Numbered from the stretch's first letter, positions 37,681 through 49,718 are shown. The stretch: DNA of 64,000 nt from Sedimentisphaerales bacterium (GCA_963662515.1 OY759675.1:3303283-3367282); one strand, 5' to 3'. Numbers and translations: made by a program. Notes: a model not told the origin generated them from the sequence alone.

Positions 37681-38817
37681 TTAATTTTCATTAACTAATC
37701 CAGATAGATATTGCTGCAATTTATCAACACTGTTTTCAATACTGAAATCTCTGGCATATACCCTGGCTGCTCTGGCCAGCTTGTCTCTGGTACTATTTGA
37801 TCCCAGAATTTCACAGACCAACTCAGCGGCTTTTTGCGGATTATCCAGAGGAAATCTGCACCACTGAGCTTCTGACGAAATCGCTTCATCAAAAAGAGGA
37901 AGATCGCTTACTGCTACCGGCAACCCGCTGGCATTTGCCTCAATTACCGCTATGGGAAAGCCTTCCCACTTGGAAGGAAACAACATTAAGTCCATCGCCG
38001 CCATATATGCCGGGATATTATCCTGCCAGCCAGCCAGAATGAACTTATCTCTTACAGGACTGCTATTTATCCGCTTTCGGACACTTTCAGCAAGCGGACC
38101 ACCACTGCCAACCAAAAGAAATACTACATTTTCGTCTTTTCGGGCAATATGCTCGGCTATCTCTATAAAAAAATGGTGGTTTTTGTGTTCCAGAAACAAA
38201 CCAACATGACCGACAACTTTAGTCATATTATCAATATGCAGCTTCTTTCTCACGGCCAGACCTTCTGTAACTACATCTTCATAATTATTCAAATTCACGC
38301 CGCAAGGAATGATTCTGCTATTTCTTTCTGTAATCACTGGGCCAAAGAGTTCTCGTAATATATATGCAGATATTCCTATATAACCGGTAGCAAATCTGAT
38401 AGTAAGCCATTTTTGAATATCGATAACAATTTTCATTGTCAAAGAATCCATTTTCTCAATTACATCACGCAATGAATGCGGATGACAAATTCTTACTTTT
38501 ACACCGGCAAACGCCGCTATAATTAAGGCTATAGCTGAGGCATAACCTCTGTGTATTATTACAACATCATAACCTTCCTTTTTAATTATTCTGCGGAATT
38601 TAATAATGAAAGTAAATAATCCACGAAATGCCCCAGAACACACATAGACTTTACTGCCAGAGTCCTCTGCTTCTTTTGCCAGTTCTCCAGAACGATCCCC
38701 CAGAACACAGACATCCATCTGGTACTTACTACGATCATATCTTTGTATAATCCCAAGCAGATAATTGCCCATCCCCCCCCTGTCAAAATTGGGAAAACAA
38801 TGCAAAACCTTAATCAT
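37681..38817 (-). CDS. GT4 glycosyltransferase (EpsF/Cap1E-like)
   Basis: VGHVG..KNH, FPSKWEGFPIAVIEANASGLP. Confidence 0.9.
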   Translation of the reverse strand: MIKVLHCFPNFDRGGMGNYLLGIIQRYDRSKYQMDVCVLGDRSGELAKEAEDSGSKVYVCSGAFRGLFTFIIKFRRIIKKEGYDVVIIHRGYASAIALIIAAFAGVKVRICHPHSLRDVIEKMDSLTMKIVIDIQKWLTIRFATGYIGISAYILRELFGPVITERNSRIIPCGVNLNNYEDVVTEGLAVRKKLHIDNMTKVVGHVGLFLEHKNHHFFIEIAEHIARKDENVVFLLVGSGGPLAESVRKRINSSPVRDKFILAGWQDNIPAYMAAMDLMLFPSKWEGFPIAVIEANASGLPVAVSDLPLFDEAISSEAQWCRFPLDNPQKAAELVCEILGSNSTRDKLARAARVYARDFSIENSVDKLQQYLSGLVNEN

Positions 38818-39956
38818 AGCTGTCTCGCTCTGCTTTCATGCATACTATATAAACCCTCTAATTGATTAACAATCTTTTTCACATCAAACTTACTAACATA
38901 TTCTTTACCATTATTCCCCAATACCTCTCTGAGCGACTCATCCTGAGCAAGGGTTAGTATATTCTTTACCGCAGTATTTATATCTCCGCATTCAACTCGG
39001 AAACACTGCAATTCCGGACAAATACTTTCGGCAAATGCGCCAGCCATAGAAGCAATTACTGGCAAGCCGCAGGCCTGAGCCTCAGCCACGGTAATGCAAA
39101 AACCTTCCCACCTTGAGGGAGAGAATAAAATATCCATTGCAGACATCAATTCAGGAGCATCCTGCCTGACCCCGGTAAGAATTATCCGATTTGCCAACCC
39201 GGCATCAAAAACCATCCGGCGAACAGGCTCTTCCAGATCACCACTGCCTACCCACAAAAAAAATATATTGTCATTTTGTCTGATTATTTCAATGGCAGAT
39301 TCGACAAAAAAAATCGGATCTTTTTGCAAAGTAAGCCTGGCGCAATTACCTACAAGTATCGCATCGTCTGGAATTCCCAGTTCTCTCCGCACCGAAGTCC
39401 GGGACTCGGGATTATGTATATTTTTTTTTGAGTCCACACTGTTATAAACAACCACAAATCGCTTATCCAGCCGGTCAGTATTACCAAAATGAGAATTTAA
39501 CACATCCTGCGAACAACCACATATTGATGTAGCATATTTTTGATTGATACTCTTGAGAAAACCTGACAGATAATACGCCGGGTTAGTCGGATCAAATCTT
39601 TTTACATTATGGTAATGAACAATTCTGTTCTTAATACCACATTTGGCTGCTATCAGTAAGGGTATTGCTGACATATCATAGCGGTGAAGATGAATAACAT
39701 CATAATTACCTGCTTTAAGAATACTGGAAAAACGAGAATAATATGTCAAAGGATTATTCCTTAGAGAACATTGCAAAACATTTGCCCCAAGTTCTCTGGC
39801 TTTATCTGTCAAGACACCCGGCTTAACTGACATCTCACAAACATCAAAACAAAATCTGTCTTTATCCGAATGTCGCAGAATATCCAGAACATGACTCTGT
39901 ACGCCACCAACATCCAGCCTGCCGAGTACATGCAGAATTTTATTACGGTTTCTCAC
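38814..39956 (-). CDS. GT4 glycosyltransferase
   Basis: ARLTLQKDP, PSRWEGFCITVAEAQACGLP. Confidence 0.9.
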   Translation of the reverse strand: MRNRNKILHVLGRLDVGGVQSHVLDILRHSDKDRFCFDVCEMSVKPGVLTDKARELGANVLQCSLRNNPLTYYSRFSSILKAGNYDVIHLHRYDMSAIPLLIAAKCGIKNRIVHYHNVKRFDPTNPAYYLSGFLKSINQKYATSICGCSQDVLNSHFGNTDRLDKRFVVVYNSVDSKKNIHNPESRTSVRRELGIPDDAILVGNCARLTLQKDPIFFVESAIEIIRQNDNIFFLWVGSGDLEEPVRRMVFDAGLANRIILTGVRQDAPELMSAMDILFSPSRWEGFCITVAEAQACGLPVIASMAGAFAESICPELQCFRVECGDINTAVKNILTLAQDESLREVLGNNGKEYVSKFDVKKIVNQLEGLYSMHESRARQL

Positions 39957-39999
39957 ACACCACCACTCCTCCTATACCGCCCGCTCTGTAACCCAAAAA

Positions 40000-40902
40000 T
40001 TAAAAAACATAGAAATGCCTTAAAAAAGACCTGCCATACGCATTAACAAATTTACACAACGGAGAACCTGATATCAAATAACGCTTTTTAATGTAAAACA
40101 AAAAACAGAGATAGATATCTGTAAGATTAAACATACTTAATTCTGGCAAACAATACTTTTCATATATCCTTAAACATTCATCTTCGATTTTATAATTAAA
40201 CTCATTATTACGCGTAACTGAATTTTCATGAACTCGATAGCGAACCGTGGGCTCATTCATAAAACAAATATCTGTTTCCCGCATTATTTGCAAGATTAAA
40301 GGTAAGTCTTCTATCCAAATAAATTCACTATCGTAACCACCCGTATTCAAAAACAATGATTTAGAAATAAAAAAAGTAGGAGAATTCAAAAATGGCGTAA
40401 ATCTAACCATCCATTTTTTGAAACTTTTAGCAGACAACCCAGACGCATAAATTATCCGTCTGTTGCAAGCCTCAGAGAAATGCAAATCCACCGAACCGTC
40501 ACAACCACTGAAAGCAGTGATAGCCGAAACAATCATTTTGGCATTATTTCTATAAGCACAATCATAATTCTTCTCTATGCAGTTATCAAAAAGAATATCA
40601 TCACCAGCAATCAGCTTTATCCACTTCCCCTTTGACGCCGCCACTCCCCTGTTACAATTCGCAACAATACCTGTATTTTTATCACAAGTAATCACATCTA
40701 CTCTACTAAATCTTCTGCCATTATCTACTAACCAGCTTCTGCATATATCAACTGTATTGTCAACAGAACTATCATCACTTATAATTAACTCGATATTTAC
40801 ATATGTCTGCCGCTTCAAGCTCTCAAGCGTCTGCAAAACATATCTGGAACTGTTATAAGTAATAACAATAACGGACACCAGATCCTCATTATCCACTTTC
40901 AC
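40000..40902 (-). CDS. GT2 glycosyltransferase
   Basis: VSVIVITYNS, SDDSSVD, WIKLIAGDD. Confidence 0.9.
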   Translation of the reverse strand: MKVDNEDLVSVIVITYNSSRYVLQTLESLKRQTYVNIELIISDDSSVDNTVDICRSWLVDNGRRFSRVDVITCDKNTGIVANCNRGVAASKGKWIKLIAGDDILFDNCIEKNYDCAYRNNAKMIVSAITAFSGCDGSVDLHFSEACNRRIIYASGLSAKSFKKWMVRFTPFLNSPTFFISKSLFLNTGGYDSEFIWIEDLPLILQIMRETDICFMNEPTVRYRVHENSVTRNNEFNYKIEDECLRIYEKYCLPELSMFNLTDIYLCFLFYIKKRYLISGSPLCKFVNAYGRSFLRHFYVF

Positions 40903-41214
40903 TTCTCTCTTTCAATTATCCTTAATCTTAATTATTGCAAATTTAAGGCAAAACCAATTGTATTATGACATGTCCATATTACACCTTTGACCTGGATTTG
41001 ATCAATGACCCATGCGATAGTACTTCAAAAGGTTTTTATTCAGGACTGCCAAAGAAGATTGCCCTATGATTGCCATGTATTCACATACCCATTCCCCCAC
41101 ACAGTTCTGCTACACTTGAGACATCAATACGCTATACGACAGAAACACCATACACATGCGACTTACCTGACCAAGTCAGTTTCCAAGCTGAGATATAAGA
41201 ATTATCAATTACGA

Positions 41215-42723
41215 TCATCCTGCTTTATTGTTGAAAATTTGAATTCCAACCTTATTTAACATTTTAACAATCACTAACCTCATGTCCATGATCTTTTTAA
41301 GCTCGTGAAAAGACATGTAACATCCAAGCATTACTATACTAATATTTATAATTCGCCAATACGAAAAAAATCTGTATTTAATACTAACAAAAGCTATTAT
41401 CGCTAAAACAGCATACACTGAAATCAGTTTACAGTTTCTCTTTGTCCAGCTAAACACACATAATTTTCTGCATATAAACCAAACAATCAAAGTAAGAAAT
41501 AGATAACACACTGTAAATGCGATCCCAACTATTTCTAAATTGAATTTATCCCAGAAACAATATATGCTGCCTAGAAAAATAAAATTCCACAATAACTCTG
41601 TAATAATAACAATATTACCCTTTCCCTTAGCAAGAATAACAAACCCCATTGGCCAGGAAATAATTTTAAATAAATTTCCCAAACTCTGCCAAAGTAATAT
41701 ATCTATGCTTTGTCCAAACTTTGCAGAATAAAACAGTGAAACAAATATGTCCATAAAACAGATCATTACAATAATTATCGGGCCAGCCAAAAGCAAAGCG
41801 ATTTCCGTTTGTTCATTTACCAGGCGACATACCTTAATGCTATCACTATTGACTGCACTCAAGCGAGGAAAATAATCTGCCCCCATCGCCCCCAGTATCA
41901 GCCCAACATACATAACAGATATGTTCCAGGCTGCCTGGAATATACCAACACCATCAAGTCCCATTTTATCGGAAATAAAAATTCGTACAAGATACATTGT
42001 ACCAGAACCTGCCAGAGTAGTGAAAACCATAAAAAGCCCCAGCCGTATCATTCCGAAACCACCTTCTACAGTTTCTCGCAGACTGACATTGGATGGTGTA
42101 AGTTTAACTTTTCTGGCAAAATAACATGACAAACCAAGTTCGACCATAGCTGCCAATATAAAGGCCGGAACAATACCACTTACGCCCATGTACCAATAAA
42201 CAGGGGCGGTTATCAGTAGCCCGGCAACAGCCCCCAATACTCCTGCAAGAGCCATGTCACTGATCTTCCTAAGACCTTGCAGCAACGCCAGTTGTCCGCC
42301 ACTCAGAGCAGAAAATAATGGCACTACAGATAACCAGACAAAATCCCAGGCGTATTCAGAACTCTTAAATGAGTATAGACTAAATTGATTGCGAAATAAA
42401 ACCAGCAGTGCCAAGCCTAGAAGCCCTGTCAGCCAAACCCAGCGACGAAGTATTGTAACAGTTCGTCCAATCCTGGCTTCATCCCCGCTCCCAGATGCCT
42501 CTGCAACATCTCTCACCGCACTAAAGCCAATCCCAAATCCCGTAAAACCACGAACCAGCTCTAGTGTCGAGAGAAAAAGCCCGGCAATTCCAACACCAGA
42601 AAGCCCTAGCAAAACCGCTATTATCTTTGTTCTGATAATTTGTATCAAAATCTTGATAATTTGAGCACCACCTACGATGCCGATGGCTTTTAATGCATTT
42701 TTCTTAGAATCACACAATTGCAT
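41215..42723 (-). CDS. wzx: Wzx O-antigen/oligosaccharide flippase
   Basis: Multi-TM protein; RTKIIAVLLG, YFPRLS, KIISWPMGFVILAKG. Confidence 0.85.
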   Translation of the reverse strand: MQLCDSKKNALKAIGIVGGAQIIKILIQIIRTKIIAVLLGLSGVGIAGLFLSTLELVRGFTGFGIGFSAVRDVAEASGSGDEARIGRTVTILRRWVWLTGLLGLALLVLFRNQFSLYSFKSSEYAWDFVWLSVVPLFSALSGGQLALLQGLRKISDMALAGVLGAVAGLLITAPVYWYMGVSGIVPAFILAAMVELGLSCYFARKVKLTPSNVSLRETVEGGFGMIRLGLFMVFTTLAGSGTMYLVRIFISDKMGLDGVGIFQAAWNISVMYVGLILGAMGADYFPRLSAVNSDSIKVCRLVNEQTEIALLLAGPIIIVMICFMDIFVSLFYSAKFGQSIDILLWQSLGNLFKIISWPMGFVILAKGKGNIVIITELLWNFIFLGSIYCFWDKFNLEIVGIAFTVCYLFLTLIVWFICRKLCVFSWTKRNCKLISVYAVLAIIAFVSIKYRFFSYWRIINISIVMLGCYMSFHELKKIMDMRLVIVKMLNKVGIQIFNNKAG

Positions 42724-42831
42724 ATCCCTTTTATGACCATAACTGTATTACTTCAGCCGGAATTGAACATTTTTCCAAAAAAAATGACGACATGATGCCA
42801 TCAGAAAAAATGTCTATGAAAATGGATTTAT

Positions 42832-43914
42832 TCAGCGAACAAGATGATCATCCCCTAATGAGTGGAATTTGAGTATTTTATATATACTACGCCCAAATAT
42901 TTTTCGTGATATCTTATTGACCACTACACTGCAAATTATACAAAAAACAAAACGATTGTATCCACTACAAATAGTATTTTTAATTACAATATTCTTTAAG
43001 TTGTTCGATGTAAAAAGATTGGTATAGTCAAAACTTTTATAAACTTTTTTTATTATTTGTTTTATATATACTTTTTCTTCTTTGGCTAATACGGCATATC
43101 TGGTGTAAAAAAGAATTGTTTTGCGTACCATAGACTCTAAGAAAGTAATGCGAATTCTATGTATTTCACATGTAGGTATATTACTAGAATATAACAACTT
43201 TTCTAATTCTAGATTAGTTATAAGTGATTCGAAAGTTTTTGAAGACAGTTTTGTTGAAAGTGAATCCGGATGCTTACGATATATATAAGTACCTTTGCAA
43301 AAGACAATAGTGTCACATCCTAAAAACAACTCTCTTGTTCTGCACTCATTGGCATCAGATGTGTTTAATTTGTTGAAAGGCACATTATGGTAAACTGTGT
43401 TTTTCCAGGCTCCACAGCCAATAATTGACCAGGGAAATGTTCTTAGGAAAGCTTCCCGACCTGTTATAACAGTTCCTGCTTTAATATTGTGTTTATGATT
43501 CCAATACCAGGTCTTACTCTCATCATTTTCGTACCACATACATAGATCAGGAACTAAGGCATCCGCATCCGGATTTGTGATAGCGGCTTGATACATTTGT
43601 TGCAGATAATCCTCGCTAAATTTGTCATCCGAATCCAGCATGCAAATGTAAACCCCTCTGGCAATTTTAGCTGCGTGCTCTGTTGTTGCGTAATTTCCCT
43701 TGTTTTGTTGTTTAATCAATATTATATTTTGATGTTTGTCTCTAAAATCCTCAACAATGTCTGATGTTCTATCAGTTGAACCATCGTCAACACATATAAG
43801 TTCCCAATTTTTATATGTCTGATTAATTACAGACATGAGAGCTTCTTCTATAAAGCTCTCAGCATTATATGCCGCCATAATAATAGAAAAATAAGGTTTA
43901 GCTCCTGTATTCAC
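42832..43914 (-). CDS. GT2 glycosyltransferase
   Basis: [21 protein letters not shown]. Confidence 0.9.
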   Translation of the reverse strand: MNTGAKPYFSIIMAAYNAESFIEEALMSVINQTYKNWELICVDDGSTDRTSDIVEDFRDKHQNIILIKQQNKGNYATTEHAAKIARGVYICMLDSDDKFSEDYLQQMYQAAITNPDADALVPDLCMWYENDESKTWYWNHKHNIKAGTVITGREAFLRTFPWSIIGCGAWKNTVYHNVPFNKLNTSDANECRTRELFLGCDTIVFCKGTYIYRKHPDSLSTKLSSKTFESLITNLELEKLLYSSNIPTCEIHRIRITFLESMVRKTILFYTRYAVLAKEEKVYIKQIIKKVYKSFDYTNLFTSNNLKNIVIKNTICSGYNRFVFCIICSVVVNKISRKIFGRSIYKILKFHSLGDDHLVR

Positions 43915-45022
43915 TAATGATCTCCGTTATAATTTCCAGGTCTTTATCATCAATAATAGAGGCTATTGGCAAACTAATAACTTCGTTATGAATATTTTCT
44001 GTAACAGGCAAACTTAAATTATTCAATTCTTGATATGCCAACTGTTTATGTGGCGGTATCGGATAATGAATTAATGTCTGCACCCCATTCTCTGTCAGAT
44101 ATTGCAACAATCTATCTCTCTGCAAGCAGCGAACTACAAACAAATGCCAGACATGAGATTGATTATGTACGACTTCGCCACAAGTCAAATCGACTGCCGG
44201 GAGAATAATTTCCGGATTCTTGATATGCTTAATATAATAATCTGCGACTTCCCGGCGTTTCTGATTATCCTGGTCCAATCTTGCCAGCTTAACCCGCAAA
44301 ATCGCAGCCTGTATCTCATCAAGTCGAGAATTCAGCCCTTGATAATCATTAACATATTTCTTTGATGAACCATAATTAGCCAGAGTACGAATCAGTTGTG
44401 CCAGCTCATCATCATCTGTTGTTACTGCACCAGCATCACCCAGTGCCCCCAGATTTTTGCCTGGATAAAAACTGTTACCTGCCGCATCGCCCAGCGAACC
44501 TGTTCGTTTATTGCCGTAATAACAGCCCTGTGCTTGAGCATTATCCTCTATCAGCTTCAAGTTATACTTTTTCGCAAGTCTTTCAATTTCTGAATGCATA
44601 CCATTTTGACCATAAAGGTGTACAATCATGATTGCCCGGGTTTTTTCGGTGATCTTATCCTCGATCTGAAATGGATCTATATTGTAAGTAGCCAGATCAG
44701 GTTCCACCAACACCGGCCTAAGCCTGTTATCAGTAATCGCCAGAATAGATGCTATGTAGGTGTTCGCCGGGACGATTACCTCATCTCCCTCCGCCATAAC
44801 TCCCATTTCAAGATACGCCCTGAAAATAAGTCGCAAGGCATCCAGACCATTGCCACAGCCGATGCAATTTTTAGTACCAATATACTGTGCATATTCTTCT
44901 TCAAATGCTATTAACTCTTTACCAAGCAAATACCAGCCGGAATCAACCACTCGCTGAACTGCTTGAGATAATTCCGGCTCAAAACTCTCGTTGATCTTTT
45001 TTAAGTCTAAAAACTTAATCAT
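43898..45022 (-). CDS. fdtB: DegT/DnrJ-family sugar aminotransferase (FdtB/QdtB-like)
   Basis: [43 protein letters not shown]. Confidence 0.85.
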   Translation of the reverse strand: MIKFLDLKKINESFEPELSQAVQRVVDSGWYLLGKELIAFEEEYAQYIGTKNCIGCGNGLDALRLIFRAYLEMGVMAEGDEVIVPANTYIASILAITDNRLRPVLVEPDLATYNIDPFQIEDKITEKTRAIMIVHLYGQNGMHSEIERLAKKYNLKLIEDNAQAQGCYYGNKRTGSLGDAAGNSFYPGKNLGALGDAGAVTTDDDELAQLIRTLANYGSSKKYVNDYQGLNSRLDEIQAAILRVKLARLDQDNQKRREVADYYIKHIKNPEIILPAVDLTCGEVVHNQSHVWHLFVVRCLQRDRLLQYLTENGVQTLIHYPIPPHKQLAYQELNNLSLPVTENIHNEVISLPIASIIDDKDLEIITEIISEYRS

Positions 45023-45560
45023 TGGGATTAACTATTCCTTCCTTGAGCGTATAGCTTTTTTGGCACCCTAAACACCTCATGTCGCCATCTAGCTTTTTTC
45101 CACACTGGCATATATAACCTTTGAATACTGCCGGGTTACCATACCATATAGAGTACTCAGGAACAGATTTTGTTACAACACTGCCCGCACCAATCATAGC
45201 ATACTGCCCTATAGTAATACCACCAATGATAGTCGCATTTGCACCAATGGATGCTCCTTTGCGCACGGTAGTATGCAAAAACAAATCAGGATATCGCTTA
45301 GATCGTGGCAAAAGGTCATTTGTAAAAGTTACATTCGGGCCTATAAACACATCGTCTTCAAGCCTCACCCCATCCCAAAGTTGAACACCTGGTTTAATCG
45401 TAACATTATTACCAATAATTACATCATTTTCAATAAACACATGGCAATTAATATTGCAGTTACAGCCAATTACTGCTTCTTTTAATATTACGCAATACTG
45501 CCATACTAATGTCTGAACACCTATATGACTTGTTTGAACTTCTGCTGTAGGATGTATCAT
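45015..45560 (-). CDS. Sugar N-acetyltransferase (QdtC/WxcM-like, hexapeptide repeats)
   Basis: [34 protein letters not shown]. Confidence 0.85.
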   Translation of the reverse strand: MIHPTAEVQTSHIGVQTLVWQYCVILKEAVIGCNCNINCHVFIENDVIIGNNVTIKPGVQLWDGVRLEDDVFIGPNVTFTNDLLPRSKRYPDLFLHTTVRKGASIGANATIIGGITIGQYAMIGAGSVVTKSVPEYSIWYGNPAVFKGYICQCGKKLDGDMRCLGCQKSYTLKEGIVNPND

Positions 45561-45982
45561 TTTGTATAATCTTTGAACGCAATAAAATCCGAATATTCAC
45601 GAATATAATCACTTTCGCAGTATTTGTGCGAGGTTAGGACAAAACATACCGCTCCAGACGAGAAACCTTTTTCTGCCGCCCAAATACCTGGTGGAATGTG
45701 TAGGCCAAAATATGGACGATTCAGGTTTACAGTTCTTCTTGTATTTCCATCGTCAAGTTCAACTTCAAAGCTACCACTAACGGCAATAAGGAACTGGTGA
45801 CACTCTTTGTGAGCATGTGCGCCACGATCTTTTCCACCAGGAATATCATATATATAAAAAACTCGTTTAATCTTAAATGGAACATTACATTCGTTAGTTA
45901 CCGGTGTAATATTCCCAGCCCGATTCTGAATTTGTTTTAATCCAATAACACTACAATCATATACTGAAACTCTTTTACTCAT
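45557..45982 (-). CDS. fdtA: FdtA/QdtA-family cupin (dTDP-sugar 3,4-ketoisomerase)
   Basis: [19 protein letters not shown]. Confidence 0.85.
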   Translation of the reverse strand: MSKRVSVYDCSVIGLKQIQNRAGNITPVTNECNVPFKIKRVFYIYDIPGGKDRGAHAHKECHQFLIAVSGSFEVELDDGNTRRTVNLNRPYFGLHIPPGIWAAEKGFSSGAVCFVLTSHKYCESDYIREYSDFIAFKDYTK

Positions 45983-46388
45983 TTCTCGTAATTCCTTCCA
46001 AAAAAACCTTATAGTCTCTAATATAGTCTTCTTCTGAAAATAAAGTGGAACTTAAGACCATAGCCAAAGAATTAGTCGAAAAATCCTGCATCTGCCGCCA
46101 AAGCCCTGCAGGAATATAAAGTCCAAAATAAGAACGATTTAGACGAAATACCTGTTTATTTACCCCATCATCTACCTCAACATCAAAACTTCCGGATAAG
46201 GCAACGATGAATTCCTGCTGCTCCCTAAACGCGTGTCCACCTCGTGTTTGCCCGCCCGGCACATCATATATCCAATATACCCTCTCAATAACAAATGGTA
46301 TGTGCTTTTCCTCCTCAATAAAAGAAAGATTGCCACGAGGATCCTCAACTTTGGGTAGATCAATTATAATAGGTTTTTTTATTAGCAT
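45975..46388 (-). CDS. fdtA: FdtA/QdtA-family cupin
   Basis: DPRGNLSFIE..RVYWIYDVPGG..RGGHAF. Confidence 0.85.
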   Translation of the reverse strand: MLIKKPIIIDLPKVEDPRGNLSFIEEEKHIPFVIERVYWIYDVPGGQTRGGHAFREQQEFIVALSGSFDVEVDDGVNKQVFRLNRSYFGLYIPAGLWRQMQDFSTNSLAMVLSSTLFSEEDYIRDYKVFLEGITRNE

Positions 46389-46439
46389 TTAAGCTCCTTT
46401 TGCGTACATTGAAGTATTATTCTTAATCCATACCTCACT

Positions 46440-47783
46440 TTAAATATTACGAGAGGCAAGGCAAACAGATTCATCATATCGAACAGCACATTTTATCGCC
46501 GCCAAAAGTGCTAAAGAATACAAAGGAGTACAATAAAGAGAACTAAAACTCGACATAAAGACCATCACTAAACCCACTATTGAATACATCTTCCAGTTTA
46601 GGTACTTACTTGAAGAAATTGAATATAAATACTTAAAAGTAATATAGTAGCTGTAAAGATACAATAATAAACCAACAATCCCTGTACGAAAGACTATCGC
46701 AATCCAGGTAATATGAACCATGTGCATTTTGTCGTCATTGCTTTTAACATACGCATAGGGTGGATTTTCTATCTCAGCTCCCTGACCAGAACCAAAAAAC
46801 CAGGTTTGCGGATTATTTTCCATGTGAAATAACACATTCTTCAACTCTTGAACACGCCCATCATAGGAAGCATCTTTTTCACCTTCTATTGCAATCCCGT
46901 AAACATTTTTCATCAGCGTCAAAGAACTTTTAACATAAAAGCTTTCTGCATCCAACCAATTCACCGTATCTAATACTATAGGAAATAACATAAGTATTAC
47001 AATAATAACACCTATAAGACCCATAGCCATTTTTACTGTTTTCGCCTTTAGCAAACGACCATAATAATCATTTTTAACCAATAATGTAACCAATAAATAC
47101 ATTGCGTAAAATATATATGTACATAACATAATGATAAATATTGCACGCTTACCTGAAACTAAACAAGCAATGGTACAAAATAATAAAACCGGAACAGTCA
47201 CAATCCAAGATCGTCTATTCTGGAATAAAGCCCAAATAATCCCATTAATAGCTGCGACATTTGATATCTTAAGATACGGATAATGCCATCTAATATAATA
47301 AATAGCGACAGAAGCAATTATTGCACTGACCACATAGATCTCAATGAAGAAAACAATAGTATCAAATTTGCCACTAGATGCCAATCCACAATATATCCAC
47401 AATAAGATAAAAAGACCTATAAAAAATACAAACTCACGATAAGTATCACCAAATACATAATACAAATCATTGCCACTTGCCACACCAACAATAAAGCTAA
47501 AAATAATCAATGCCAAATTAAGCCAGAACAAAATACTTATTTCTGGTATATTAAAACGCCTTTCACTTATAGGCACACATACAAAAAACAAATACGCTGT
47601 TACTATAGAAAATATTACTCTTAATACAATATCAATGTACTTCAATACCACAATACTACCATAGTCGCTTTCTCCAGAATAAAAGACACTAACACTATTA
47701 AGAACAGAAATTATTATACCTATAACAAATGACAACCAAAGCATATATACCATTATTCTTTGCGTTTTCAAACTGTAGATCAT
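46440..47783 (-). CDS. Wzy polymerase / O-antigen ligase-like membrane protein
   Basis: Multi-TM protein, SGKR motif, large loop with FGSGQG and H..W..FRTGIVG. Confidence 0.7.
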   Translation of the reverse strand: MIYSLKTQRIMVYMLWLSFVIGIIISVLNSVSVFYSGESDYGSIVVLKYIDIVLRVIFSIVTAYLFFVCVPISERRFNIPEISILFWLNLALIIFSFIVGVASGNDLYYVFGDTYREFVFFIGLFILLWIYCGLASSGKFDTIVFFIEIYVVSAIIASVAIYYIRWHYPYLKISNVAAINGIIWALFQNRRSWIVTVPVLLFCTIACLVSGKRAIFIIMLCTYIFYAMYLLVTLLVKNDYYGRLLKAKTVKMAMGLIGVIIVILMLFPIVLDTVNWLDAESFYVKSSLTLMKNVYGIAIEGEKDASYDGRVQELKNVLFHMENNPQTWFFGSGQGAEIENPPYAYVKSNDDKMHMVHITWIAIVFRTGIVGLLLYLYSYYITFKYLYSISSSKYLNWKMYSIVGLVMVFMSSFSSLYCTPLYSLALLAAIKCAVRYDESVCLASRNI

Positions 47784-47786
47784 ATA

Positions 47787-48947
47787 TCACCTCTGCCTAC
47801 TAATAAGCAACTGATTATAAAAATCAAGATTAACCGCCACTGCCTTTTTTCTATCAAAGCGATCAAGAACCTCAAGACGCGCATTTAAGCCAACCCTGTC
47901 ACTCAGATCGTCATCACTGAGAAGCCGAATGACATTCTCGGAAAACTCACCCACTTTTCTGGGGTCACATACCAAAGCTGAATCATAATTCTTCACATAT
48001 TCCCGGCCCGCAGCAACTTCTGAAAGCACACAGGCACAACCACAACTCATCGCCTCAAGCCATGCTACAGAATGTGCCTCAACCAAAGAAGGAAAAACGC
48101 AACATCCTGCACCCGAATATATTTCAGGTAAAAGAGACCTTTCAACTCTTCCGAGATAATTTACCCTGCTGCGATACCTTTCTGGCAATTGAGTTATCAA
48201 ATAATCAACTAACTTGCCTCCGCCAGGAGCCTCCATACAGTCGCTACCAACCACATCAAGATATACATGAGGCAATGATTCAAAAATAGCTGGTAATTCT
48301 CTAAATAACAACCCTATACCCTTAAAATACGCTACTCTGCCAACATATAATATGCGATTACTGTCCCGGCTAATTCCCTCAACCGGTCGAAATACATCAC
48401 TATCAACAAAATTATAAATAACTGTCTCTGTATCAGCAACAGCACCAAAACATTTTACAGAATACCTTCTTATATGATTACTTACAGCAATTTTGTATGG
48501 CGATGAACCAATGGTCAACCGTTCTGCCAATTTCACTAGGGGCGATACTCTTGCTTCTTTCATTTTAGCCATTGTTGTTTCAGAATTATGATATCTGACA
48601 ACTAGTAGTTTATTTCTTGCACCAACAATTTTCCAAAAAGCCATCTCGCCTTCAACTTCAGGTGTCTCTATTAATTCAAATCCATGCTCCCTGCTCAACT
48701 TGCCTATTATTTTAGCAAAATACCATCTCCTTTTAAAGAAACCCAGATACTTACCTCGCCAAACAGGCAACTTAATTCTTACAACTGTTATACCATCCTC
48801 CTGGCCAAAACTATCTCTATCAGAATATCCAACAACCCAGACTTCGTGACCACAATCTCTGAGACACTCGGCCATATCCTTGACAAAGGCCCCTATACCA
48901 CCATGACTATCTGGCGGATATTCATTACATATATAACAGATACGCAA
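47787..48947 (-). CDS. GT4 glycosyltransferase
   Basis: EYPP..GGIG, LYVGR..KG, FPSLVEA..LEAMSCG. Confidence 0.9.
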   Translation of the reverse strand: MRICYICNEYPPDSHGGIGAFVKDMAECLRDCGHEVWVVGYSDRDSFGQEDGITVVRIKLPVWRGKYLGFFKRRWYFAKIIGKLSREHGFELIETPEVEGEMAFWKIVGARNKLLVVRYHNSETTMAKMKEARVSPLVKLAERLTIGSSPYKIAVSNHIRRYSVKCFGAVADTETVIYNFVDSDVFRPVEGISRDSNRILYVGRVAYFKGIGLLFRELPAIFESLPHVYLDVVGSDCMEAPGGGKLVDYLITQLPERYRSRVNYLGRVERSLLPEIYSGAGCCVFPSLVEAHSVAWLEAMSCGCACVLSEVAAGREYVKNYDSALVCDPRKVGEFSENVIRLLSDDDLSDRVGLNARLEVLDRFDRKKAVAVNLDFYNQLLISRQR

Positions 48948-48950
48948 CTA

Positions 48951-49718
48951 TTAAACCTCTAAATTCTCATCTTGCGTATCACACACTTCTGCTTTAACCA
49001 GAATATTAGCCCTAAAATACTTTAACAACTCAGTACTATTGATAATTCTTTCCCACAACATCATTAAATAGAATAAAAACTGGCTTCCTCCAAAATACGA
49101 AGGATGATACTCTTGTAGTTTTATCTCAATATTTTGAAACCCTGCATTTAAAAGCAACTTTCGACACTGAAACGAAGTATTCATTCTGTGATATGTTGGA
49201 TAGATGTCTTGCTCTTTTCTTTGTCCATTCTGTAAATAATTAATAACCTTTTTTTGCATATACTTTGGTACTATTCTGGCACCTATCGAAACATAATGCC
49301 ATAAATTCGGTGTCCGAAACACCAGCACACCGCCAGGACGCAAGACACGCCGTATCTCTACCATAAGCTCATCTGGTTTTTCTACATGCTCAAATACATA
49401 ACTTGAGACCGCCAGATCAAATGAACCATCGGCAAAAGGCATATGCACACCATCATAAGTAACAGTCTCGATGCAATGTTTATTACCCTTTACCGCTTCA
49501 TCTATGTCTATTCCAGTAACTGAACCCTTTCCTGATAAATATTCAGTCGTGGCATTCGTCGGCCCGGCACCTATCTCCAATATCCGACATGATCCGGCAA
49601 TATAATTATCTATAAAACGCCAAAACTGTAATGTACCATTATACTTCTGATCCGAATAATAACGACGAAAGATCCTATCCATTTTACGCACATGCGAATC
49701 CATACATTCTGCCTGCAT
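48951..49718 (-). CDS. Class I SAM methyltransferase
   Basis: ILEIGAG, PFADGSFD, VFEHVE, LRPGG..TPN. Confidence 0.9.
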   Translation of the reverse strand: MQAECMDSHVRKMDRIFRRYYSDQKYNGTLQFWRFIDNYIAGSCRILEIGAGPTNATTEYLSGKGSVTGIDIDEAVKGNKHCIETVTYDGVHMPFADGSFDLAVSSYVFEHVEKPDELMVEIRRVLRPGGVLVFRTPNLWHYVSIGARIVPKYMQKKVINYLQNGQRKEQDIYPTYHRMNTSFQCRKLLLNAGFQNIEIKLQEYHPSYFGGSQFLFYLMMLWERIINSTELLKYFRANILVKAEVCDTQDENLEV

